Positions 1-6,261 of a DNA stretch of 57,638 nt are shown here, in pieces. The position numbers and the translations under genes are program-made. The notes below the pieces were generated by a model that had not been told where the DNA came from, searched no databases, and saw nothing but the letters and a program-made list of their open reading frames with translations. The DNA lies in contig JADGRH010000001.1 in NCBI GenBank assembly GCA_017881075.1, forward strand, positions 1 to 57,638, written 5' to 3'. The DNA comes from Minisyncoccota bacterium. GTDB lineage: Bacteria; Patescibacteriota; Minisyncoccia; Phycocordibacterales; CAJBRS01. Numbering within the stretch: the first letter of the stretch is position 1; each line of letters starts with the position of its first letter.

Positions 1-638
1 AAACGAAGAACCTTACCAAGGTTAGAAATCTAGTTGAAGACATTTGGAAACTTATGTCGTTCGCAAGAACAATTAGACAGGTGTTGCATGGCCGTCGTCA
101 GTTCGTGGTTTGAATTGTTCCCTTAAGTGGGGTAACGAACGCAACCCTCGTTGGCTGTTACAAGTGTCAGCCGAGACTGCCCCAGATTTTGGTTATAACC
201 CCTCCCAACCCTCCCCTTGATTAAGGGGAGGGCGACACGCCTTAGGCGTGCGGGGGTGGGGTTGTAAGTAAAATCTGGGGAGGAAGGCGAGGATGACGCC
301 AGGTCAGCATGTCCCTCTGATATCCTGGGCTACACACATAATACAATCGCCGTTACAACGCGACGCAAAACCGCAAGGTAGAGCAAATCGTTAGAAAAGC
401 GGCGCCAGTTCGGATTGAGGTCTGCAACTCGACCTCATGAAGCCGGAATTGCTAGTAATCGCGGGTCAGCTATACCGCGGTGAATACGTTCTCAAGTCTT
501 GTACTCACCGCCCGTCAACTCAAGGAAACCAGAAGTACCCAAAATCTCACCTAGCGTGGGCCTACGGTAAATTTGGTAACAGGGAGTAAGTCGTAACAAG
601 GCACGGGTAGCGGAAGCTGCTCGTGGAATAATTCAAAT
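1..638 (+). rRNA. rrs: 16S rRNA, 3' portion (partial, cut by window edge)
   Basis: Conserved 16S blocks are present: AACGAAGAACCTTACC (1-20), GCATGGCCGTCGTCAG, GGTAACGAACGCAACCC, GGAGGAAGG..GATGACGCCAGGTCAGCATG, GGGCTACACAC, GAATACGTTC, CCGCCCGTCA and AAGTCGTAACAAGG. Helix 45 is a 10-bp stem with a GGAA loop at 602-625. The 3' end is approximate. Confidence 0.9.
181..280 (+). other. Expansion/insertion in 16S helix 40 (about 100 nt where E. coli has a 15-nt hairpin)
   Basis: It lies between GAGACTGC and GGAGGAAGG. The outer stem is CCCCAGATTTT/AAAATCTGGGG. It encloses GC-rich sub-hairpins CCCTCCCC-ttgattaa-GGGGAGGG and CGACACGCC-ttag-GCGTGCG. Confidence 0.75.
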
Positions 639-795
639 TGAAAAACGTACTGAGGCGTTCGCGTCGAAGTACTGACCGAGTCGATTTTGCGCACTCCAAT
701 TGGGTGCACAAAGGATCGTAGATATCCTAAAGCTACAGACAGCCGGGAAAGACCGGCATCATTGAACGGAACAAAAGAAAGAATGCTAACACTGA

Positions 796-822
796 AAAAG
801 CGCCCTAACGGGCGCTTTTTTG
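796..822 (+). terminator. Rho-independent terminator downstream of the 16S
   Basis: Stem GCGCCC, loop taac, stem GGGCGC, followed by TTTTTT. Confidence 0.7.
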
Positions 823-826
823 CTGG

Positions 827-855
827 TTGACTTTTAATGTGAAATGTGATAAAAT
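827..855 (+). promoter_or_regulatory. Sigma70-like promoter (TTGACT, 17 nt, TGaTAAAAT)
   Basis: -35 TTGACT at 827-832, a 17-nt spacer, and an extended -10 TGaTAAAAT ending at 855. The ATG of the small ORF is 9 nt downstream. Confidence 0.5.
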
Positions 856-864
856 ACAGAAAGC

Positions 865-1035
865 ATGAAAAAAAATAAAAATGATCTTTCCCGTTTCGAG
901 GGCCCAAGTGACTGGGAGCGCGCGCGGCAGCGACGTAATTTTAATCGTCTCCGCATGGTCTGCATCGCAGTCATCGTTGTTGGAGGGGCAGCCGTCGCTA
1001 CCTTTTATTGGTGTGTTGTCGGTCAACTTTCATAA
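865..1035 (+). CDS. Small single-pass membrane protein (56 aa), hypothetical
   Basis: Own translation: MKKNKNDLSRFEGPSDWERARQRRNFNRLRMVCIAVIVVGGAAVATFYWCVVGQLS. It has a basic N-terminus and one TM helix. It sits between a promoter and a hairpin at ~1050-1085. It is below the 60-aa cutoff of the ORF track. The overlapping track ORF 881..1069 looks non-protein-like. Confidence 0.3.
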   Translation: MKKNKNDLSRFEGPSDWERARQRRNFNRLRMVCIAVIVVGGAAVATFYWCVVGQLS

Positions 1036-1134
1036 CGAGTTAGTTTTGCGACGCCGCCATCTCTTTTAGAGATTGGCGGTGTTCTGTTTATATAACTTCC
1101 ATTTTCAGCCTATTTTTGTTATCTTTTAGAACAC

Positions 1135-1207
1135 GCGCTTGTAGCTCAGTTGGTAGAGCACATCACTGATACTGATGGGGTCCCAGGTTCGAATCCTGGC
1201 AGGCGCA
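1135..1207 (+). tRNA. tRNA-Ile (anticodon GAU)
   Basis: Cloverleaf: acceptor GCGCTTG/CAGGCGC, D-arm GCTC..GAGC, anticodon stem CATCA/TGATG with loop CTGATAC, T-arm CCAGG-TTCGAAT-CCTGG. CCA is not encoded. Confidence 0.9.
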
Positions 1208-1214
1208 CAAGACA

Positions 1215-1241
1215 AAAAATCCAAACTGCTTTGGATTTTTG
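1215..1241 (+). terminator. Rho-independent terminator after tRNA-Ile
   Basis: AAAAATCCAAA-ctgc-TTTGGATTTTT. Confidence 0.6.
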
Positions 1242-1357
1242 CGTACTTGTGCGAGGCGGAGCCATGTTTTCTGAGCACAGAAAACGGGCGAGCCGGGGTC
1301 GCGAAAATTTCGTTGCAACGAAATTATTTGTGACCACGACATGTTATTATTCTAACC

Positions 1358-2278
1358 ATGAATATCTTTTACATCCTTCTCACCGTCCTTGGCCTCTGTC
1401 TTTTTGAAATTATAAGCAGTATTGATAATGCCATTGTTAATGCAGAAGTGCTTTCGACGATGGGGAAGAAGGCTCGGGGGTGGTTTCTATTTTGGGGTAT
1501 TCTCTTTGCAGTGATAGTGGTGAGGGGATTATTGCCGTGGCTGATCGTTTGGTTGACGGTTCCTTCGCTTGGTCCAATTGGAGCACTGACGGCCACTTTC
1601 AGCAATGATCCGCAGGTGGCGGCGGCCATCCAACAGTCAGCGCCGGTACTGCTTCTTGGCGGCGCCGTTTTTTTGATCTTTTTGTTTTTTCACTGGCTAT
1701 TTTTGGAATCAAAGAATTATGGTCTGCCACACGAGAGATTCTTCCGTGCCCAAGGAGTTTGGTTTTTTGCTGTTGTCTCTATTGTCCTCGCCTTCATTGT
1801 TTGGGAGGCATTGCAAATCAATCCAATGCTTGCTTTTGGAGCGGTCATTGGCTCTACCGCTTTCTTCATTACTCATGGTTTTAAAGAGAATGCTGAAAAC
1901 AGCGAAAAGAAACTTTTAAATAATAACCGTCTTTCGGATCTTAGTAAGTTATTTTATTTGGAAGTGATTGACGCTACCTTTTCCATTGATGGAGTACTAG
2001 GGGCGTTTGCCTTCACACTTTCAGTTCCATTAATTATTTTAGGTAATGGTCTCGGCGCCTTCGTCCTTCGCCAGCTTACTGTAAGCAATATTGAGCGGAT
2101 TAAAAAATATCGTTTTCTAAAAAATGGAGCAATGTATTCAATATTCTTTCTTGGTTTGATTATGCTTTTTGATAGTTTCGGCTTACATATTCCAAATTGG
2201 GTCTCACCGGTAACCACTTTTGTTGTGATCATTTATTTCTTTTTGAAATCGAGAATTCCAGAAGAGTTGGTGCCGTAA
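1358..2278 (+). CDS. Integral membrane protein, TerC/DUF475-like
   Basis: 306-aa polytopic membrane ORF. The N-terminal motif FEIISSIDNAIVNA is typical of the TerC/DUF475 family. Confidence 0.6.
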   Translation: MNIFYILLTVLGLCLFEIISSIDNAIVNAEVLSTMGKKARGWFLFWGILFAVIVVRGLLPWLIVWLTVPSLGPIGALTATFSNDPQVAAAIQQSAPVLLLGGAVFLIFLFFHWLFLESKNYGLPHERFFRAQGVWFFAVVSIVLAFIVWEALQINPMLAFGAVIGSTAFFITHGFKENAENSEKKLLNNNRLSDLSKLFYLEVIDATFSIDGVLGAFAFTLSVPLIILGNGLGAFVLRQLTVSNIERIKKYRFLKNGAMYSIFFLGLIMLFDSFGLHIPNWVSPVTTFVVIIYFFLKSRIPEELVP

Positions 2279-2321
2279 ACAACTTGCAAATTTAGAGTCG
2301 ATATAATACATATAATAAATT

Positions 2322-2403
2322 GGGCGCGTGGCGGAATTGGTATACGCGTACGCTTCAGGAGCGTATGCCGCAAGGCTTGAGAGTTCAAATCTCTCCGCGC
2401 CCA
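2322..2403 (+). tRNA. tRNA-Leu (anticodon CAG)
   Basis: Acceptor GGGCGCG/CGCGCCC, anticodon stem TACGC/GCGTA with loop TTCAGGA, long variable arm TGCCGCAAGGCT, T-arm GAGAG-TTCAAAT-CTCTC. Confidence 0.9.
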
Positions 2404-2405
2404 CA

Positions 2406-2477
2406 CGGGGCATGGTGTAACGGTAACATTTACGATTCGGGTTCGTAAGACTCTGGGTTCAAATCCCAGTGCCCCGA
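2406..2477 (+). tRNA. tRNA-Pro (anticodon CGG)
   Basis: Acceptor CGGGGCA/TGCCCCG, anticodon stem TACGA/TCGTA with loop TTCGGGT, T-arm CTGGG-TTCAAAT-CCCAG. Confidence 0.85.
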
Positions 2478-2503
2478 AAGCATAGTGTATAATTTAATTA
2501 TTA

Positions 2504-2574
2504 GGGCCCATGGTATAGCAGTAACACACGTCCATGGCATGGACGAGTCCGGGGTGCGATTCCCCGTGGGTCCA
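2504..2574 (+). tRNA. tRNA-Ala (anticodon GGC)
   Basis: Acceptor GGGCCCA/TGGGTCC with the G3:U70 identity pair, anticodon stem CGTCC/GGACG with loop ATGGCAT, T-arm CGGGG-TGCGATT-CCCCG. Confidence 0.85.
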
Positions 2575-2586
2575 CAGAGTAATGTA

Positions 2587-2657
2587 GGGCTCGTAGTACA
2601 GTGGTAGTACACCCCATTCGCATTGGGGAGACACGGTTTCGATTACCGTCGAGTCCA
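2587..2657 (+). tRNA. tRNA-Ala (anticodon CGC)
   Basis: Acceptor GGGCTCG/CGAGTCC with G3:U70, anticodon stem CCCCA/TGGGG with loop TTCGCAT, T-arm ACGGT-TTCGATT-ACCGT. Confidence 0.85.
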
Positions 2658-2736
2658 CCGATTTTTTCTCTTGACAAATCAAGCCAAAATTATAAGGTGA
2701 TTTGTAGAGTAAATTCAAAAAAAGGACACCTAATTA

Positions 2737-3732
2737 ATGAAATCTCAGTCTATGACCACTGTCGTTCTGACAGTAGTGTTCACCTCGTTTTTTTTACCAA
2801 AAATAGGCGCAGAAAATGCGCCCATCGGATGGGATACGGAGAAACCTTACAAATTCCGTCGAGTGCTCACCGCGGGTTCAAAAGGCCTAGATGTCACGGC
2901 CTGGCAGAATAATCTGGAAAAAAAGAAATTTCTGGTAATGCCAGCCAAAGGGCGAAAAGGCCGTTTCGAAAAACTGACGACGAATGCGACGGCAAAATTC
3001 CAGAAGATCGTCGGTCTAAAGCCTACGGGACGACTAGACTCTGCAACACTTGCATATCTCTCGGCCTATGAGCCTCCACCGGACCCAATTCTGGCGCGGA
3101 TGGGTAACGAGAAAGACTTCCAGCCACCGCCGCCGCATCCAGAAGTGATAAAATCGGTCTGGGATTTCGATCCTACAGTGGACGATCGAACTCAGCCTTT
3201 TGTTCCGGAAAAATACGCCCTATGTCTCAATGCTTCCTACAAGCTTAGCTCACCGGACCGACGGAAGGATCCAAGTTTTGCCGAAGTGGTCACACTCATG
3301 AGGGTCATAAATAAGATTCCGTATCTCGATCTGCGTCGATGGATCCCCAATATTTCGGAACGTACCAAACTTTGCGACCGGGCCAACGACAAAAGTGTTC
3401 GTCACAAGTGCTTGGCTAAGACCTACCTCTTGCATGAGAAAGTGGTGACGGCCCAGCTGGTAGTCGGGGATCACATCAGCGTCAAAGAGTATCTGATGAG
3501 TAAGCGCACCTTTTTTATCGATCATGTTTGGTTACGATGGTACAAGGATGGTCGTTGGTGGGTGCTTGACTGCAGTCTGTGTGATGCACCGATTCTGGAA
3601 GCTAAGGTGCTTAACGAATATGTTCCATACTATGTGGCGGATAGGCGGGGTATAGCCATGGTAGATATTGTGCGGGGGACCTTTTACCCGGCGAATTATC
3701 AGGCCGAAAAGCTTCTCACTGCCACTCACTGA
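2737..3732 (+). CDS. Secreted protein with a peptidoglycan-binding (PG_binding_1-like) domain and a possible transglutaminase-like C-terminal domain
   Basis: N-terminal signal/TM segment. GSKGLDVTAWQNNL...KFQKIVGLKPTGRLDSATLAYL resembles a PG-binding repeat. The C-terminal DHVWLRWYKDGRWWVLD resembles the His/Asp part of transglutaminase-like cores; this part is weak. Confidence 0.5.
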   Translation: MKSQSMTTVVLTVVFTSFFLPKIGAENAPIGWDTEKPYKFRRVLTAGSKGLDVTAWQNNLEKKKFLVMPAKGRKGRFEKLTTNATAKFQKIVGLKPTGRLDSATLAYLSAYEPPPDPILARMGNEKDFQPPPPHPEVIKSVWDFDPTVDDRTQPFVPEKYALCLNASYKLSSPDRRKDPSFAEVVTLMRVINKIPYLDLRRWIPNISERTKLCDRANDKSVRHKCLAKTYLLHEKVVTAQLVVGDHISVKEYLMSKRTFFIDHVWLRWYKDGRWWVLDCSLCDAPILEAKVLNEYVPYYVADRRGIAMVDIVRGTFYPANYQAEKLLTATH

Positions 3733-3739
3733 ATTTAGG

Positions 3740-3781
3740 GGTGGCTTCGGGTTAAATTATCCGAAGCCACCATTTTTATTT
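3740..3781 (+). terminator. Rho-independent terminator
   Basis: GGTGGCTTCGG-gttaaattat-CCGAAGCCACC followed by ATTTTTATTT. Confidence 0.7.
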
Positions 3782-3857
3782 ATGCTGTCTCGTGGTATGC
3801 TAAAAATAACATGTTGCTGAACGGAAATATACAAACCTGGTCCGGATTCACCAATAG

Positions 3858-3939
3858 CTCCTTCTAGTCTTTACGGGGAGGGGGTTTAAGATCGCTAATT
3901 AGAAAAGCCGCCTCGCTGTAATTTCGAGGCGGCTTTTTT
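3858..3939 (+). promoter_or_regulatory. Candidate riboswitch/attenuator leader upstream of yhhQ (hairpin with preQ1-I-like loop, plus an intrinsic terminator)
   Basis: CUCC-UUCUAGUCUUUACGG-GGAG hairpin at 3858-3880. Loop UUCUAG (3862-3867) can pair with UUAGAA (3899-3904). Terminator AAAAGCCGCCUCG-cuguaauuu-CGAGGCGGCUUUUUU at 3903-3939 lies 21 nt before the ATG. See findings. Confidence 0.3.
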
Positions 3940-3960
3940 ACTCTTAATCAAATTAAAATC

Positions 3961-4629
3961 ATGTTCCAATTATCAGACAAAGCTCTTCTTAAATTATCGA
4001 TTGCTCTAAGTATATACATCACCTCGCTTGTGGCGGCCAACACTCTAGGCCTAAAGATCATGCCCTTTCTTTTCGGCTCGCATCTCTCCGTCGGAGTATT
4101 TTCTTTTCCGGTTGTTTTCTTGATGACAGATGTCGTGGGTGAAGTCTATGGTAAAAAGATGGCCAAATTCTTCGTCTGGGCCGGGTTTATCAGTACCGCA
4201 CTCTTCATTCTCTATTCTTTCATCTCTATCTGGACACCATGGTCGGATGCTGGTCTTTGGGTGAAGGATTCCTACAACCAAGTCTTTGCTATTTCCATCC
4301 GTATCTCCATCGCCTCTCTCGTGGCCTTCATTATTGGCGAATATCAGGATGTGCTCACTTTCTTTTTTATTAAAGGAAAAACCGGCGCGAAATATTTCTG
4401 GCTTCGATCTAATATCTCAAATCTTTGGTCGCAATTCCTTGATTCCGTGATCTTCATGTTGATAGCTTTTCTTGGCATCTATCCATTTCCGGTCCTACTA
4501 TCCATCATCGTCACGTGGTGGCTTTACAAGGTAGCCATGGGGGCTCTCTATACTCCGTTATCATATCTTAGCATCTGGCTACTTAAAGAGAAAAATGACG
4601 ACAACAAAATGAAAACTGTTATAATTTGA
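3961..4629 (+). CDS. yhhQ: Queuosine-precursor transporter, YhhQ/VUT (DUF165) family
   Basis: 222-aa polytopic membrane protein. ANTLGLKI...FSFPVVFLMTDVVGEVYGKKMA and the overall pattern match the YhhQ family. Confidence 0.7.
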   Translation: MFQLSDKALLKLSIALSIYITSLVAANTLGLKIMPFLFGSHLSVGVFSFPVVFLMTDVVGEVYGKKMAKFFVWAGFISTALFILYSFISIWTPWSDAGLWVKDSYNQVFAISIRISIASLVAFIIGEYQDVLTFFFIKGKTGAKYFWLRSNISNLWSQFLDSVIFMLIAFLGIYPFPVLLSIIVTWWLYKVAMGALYTPLSYLSIWLLKEKNDDNKMKTVII

Positions 4630-4635
4630 GAATCT

Positions 4636-5196
4636 ATGAAACCTTTACGCCCAATGAAGCTCGGTGTGGTTGGTCACCCCTCGAGCGGCAAGGATACTTT
4701 TGCTATCTATCTGAAAGATCATTATGGCTTCACCCATATTTCCACGGGTGATTTTATCCGTTTCTATGTGCTGGAAAATAATCTAGGGGAGCCCACCAGG
4801 CCACTTCTTCAACAAACGGGAAATTTTTTAAGAGAAAAATATGGACCCGATCATCTAATGAAATTGGCTTTGAAGAGCCAGGTTGAACGGATAGTGATCA
4901 GCGGTTTAAGAAACACAGCTGAAGCGGAGGCCCTAAAAAAAGGCGGTGGCAAGCTGGTGGTGGTTAGCGTACCGATTGAACAGAGATATAAATGGGCGGT
5001 AGCAAGAGGCAGACCGGGCGATAACCTTACTTTTGAGGAATTCAAAAAACAGCAGGAAGTGGAGGGGCAGAGTAATGATCCTAACGGTCTGAATGTGAAT
5101 GCGGTGATAAAGATGGCTGATTATGTGGTGGACAACTACAGCAACATCACCGAATTTCATAAGAAAATTGATGACTTTTTAAGTAAGATTTTATGA
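4636..5196 (+). CDS. P-loop nucleoside/nucleotide monophosphate kinase-like protein
   Basis: Walker A GHPSSGKDT, size ~186 aa, and the ISGLRN..E motif typical of small NMP/dNMP kinases. Confidence 0.5.
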   Translation: MKPLRPMKLGVVGHPSSGKDTFAIYLKDHYGFTHISTGDFIRFYVLENNLGEPTRPLLQQTGNFLREKYGPDHLMKLALKSQVERIVISGLRNTAEAEALKKGGGKLVVVSVPIEQRYKWAVARGRPGDNLTFEEFKKQQEVEGQSNDPNGLNVNAVIKMADYVVDNYSNITEFHKKIDDFLSKIL

Positions 5197-5223
5197 TTTC
5201 TTTAGCGAGATTTCATCTCTAAA

Positions 5224-5232
5224 TGTTATACT
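5224..5232 (+). promoter_or_regulatory. Extended -10 box TGtTATACT, 7 nt upstream of the radC ATG
   Basis: TGTTATACT at 5224-5232, then tattatc, then ATG at 5240. No SD-like purine tract. Confidence 0.4.
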
Positions 5233-5239
5233 TATTATC

Positions 5240-5986
5240 ATGAAAACTAATGCCCCATACCAATTGAGATCCAACGAATTGTATTTGGTGGATGGAGAAA
5301 ACAACAAGCCATACATTCTGAAGATCAAGGATATGCCGGAAGAGGAAAAGCCCCGGGAAAAGTTGCTCAAATACGGTCCGGGTGCCGTATCTCTGCAGGA
5401 GCTCGTTGCCATCGTTCTTGGGACCGGAACAGTCAAGGAAGACGTTTTGGAAATGTCTGGTCGGGTGATTAAGGAATATGGTGAGAGAAGTCTCTCCAGT
5501 CATATTAATCCAAAAGCCATGGCCAAGGATTTAAATATTCCTTTGGTAAAAGCGGTAGTTATCAGCGCTTGTGCCGAACTCGGCCGAAGATTTTTTCAGA
5601 AAAATACCATGGGACCGGCTGTTATCCGTACTCCTAAAGATGTCTATCAGTATGTTCAAGACATGCGCAATCTACCTAAAGAGCACTTGCGTGGAATCTA
5701 TCTCAATACTCATCACCGAGTTATTCATGACGAAGTCATTTCAATCGGTACGGTCAATTCCAATATCATTCACCCGAGGGAAGTTTTCAAGCCTGCCGTG
5801 GAGTATGGTGCGGCCGCCGTCATATTAGTTCATAATCATCCATCTGGAAGCATTAAACCAAGCCAGGCAGACATTGATGTTACTCGACAGTTAATTGAAG
5901 CAGGGAAACTTATCGGCATTAATTTAGTAGATCACGTCATTATTACCGACGGTGGTTATGCCAGCATTAAGGTGGATTATAATTAG
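5240..5986 (+). CDS. radC: RadC-family JAB/MPN domain protein
   Basis: C-terminal JAMM motif ILVHNHPSGSIKPSQADIDVTRQL and an N-terminal HhH-like region. Confidence 0.85.
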   Translation: MKTNAPYQLRSNELYLVDGENNKPYILKIKDMPEEEKPREKLLKYGPGAVSLQELVAIVLGTGTVKEDVLEMSGRVIKEYGERSLSSHINPKAMAKDLNIPLVKAVVISACAELGRRFFQKNTMGPAVIRTPKDVYQYVQDMRNLPKEHLRGIYLNTHHRVIHDEVISIGTVNSNIIHPREVFKPAVEYGAAAVILVHNHPSGSIKPSQADIDVTRQLIEAGKLIGINLVDHVIITDGGYASIKVDYN

Positions 5987-6009
5987 TTATTAATTAAATT
6001 TTTTATCAT

Positions 6010-6261
6010 ATGATGAAAACCTTAGTCAAAGAACGTTTCTATCTCATCCCTAGTATTTATCAAGTTGTTCACGACGAGCCGGCCCCGTCTCTGCAGGATC
6101 CCGTCGAGCTCTCAAAACATTTTGATGATGTTTATAAACTCTATTTGCGTCGGCTGAGTGATTTTGAGATGACTAATCAAATTGATCACACCAGAGAAAA
6201 TGAATTGACTTCGCTTTTGTCTGAACTGATCAGAGTAAAGAGGCAACTCAATGAGGGCTGA
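6010..6261 (+). CDS. Hypothetical protein (83 aa)
   Basis: ORF only. It overlaps the mpl ORF start by 11 nt. Confidence 0.35.
   Translation: MMKTLVKERFYLIPSIYQVVHDEPAPSLQDPVELSKHFDDVYKLYLRRLSDFEMTNQIDHTRENELTSLLSELIRVKRQLNEG

Noticed and set aside
551-1069. Track ORFs 551..907(-), 805..1026(-) and 881..1069(+).
   Set aside because: They overlap the 16S 3' end, its terminator and a promoter, and the translations look random. Only the untracked 56-aa ORF at 865..1035 has protein-like features, and even that is low confidence.
1245-1357. Two hairpins in the leader of the TerC/DUF475-like gene, including the perfect 20-nt palindrome AATTTCGTTGCAACGAAATT at 1305-1324. Considered as a yybP-ykoY (Mn2+) riboswitch, which often precedes TerC-family genes.
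   Set aside because: I could not find the conserved yybP-ykoY elements (GGGGAGUAG-type L1, the conserved junction sequences) or a four-way-junction fold. It would need an Infernal scan.
2671-2698. TTGACA at 2671-2676 as a promoter for the gene at 2737.
   Set aside because: The best -10 candidates are either at a 14-nt spacing (TATAAG) or are poor hexamers (TAAGGT at 16 nt). This is plausible but not supportable enough to list as a feature.
1146-2718. Track ORFs overlapping the tRNA genes (1146..1337-, 1150..1407+, 2204..2413-, 2430..2612-, 2494..2718-, 2601..2912+).
   Set aside because: The DNA folds into canonical tRNA cloverleaves (Ile, Leu, Pro, Ala, Ala). The ORFs are by-products.
5202-5220. 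19-nt motif TTAGCGAGATTTCATCTCT upstream of radC, recurring with 2 mismatches (TTAGCGAAAATTCATCTCT) at 46176-46194 upstream of the Y1 transposase.
   Set aside because: A back-of-envelope estimate gives several 17/19 matches by chance among all position pairs in a 57.6-kb AT-rich window. This is not significant without more copies.
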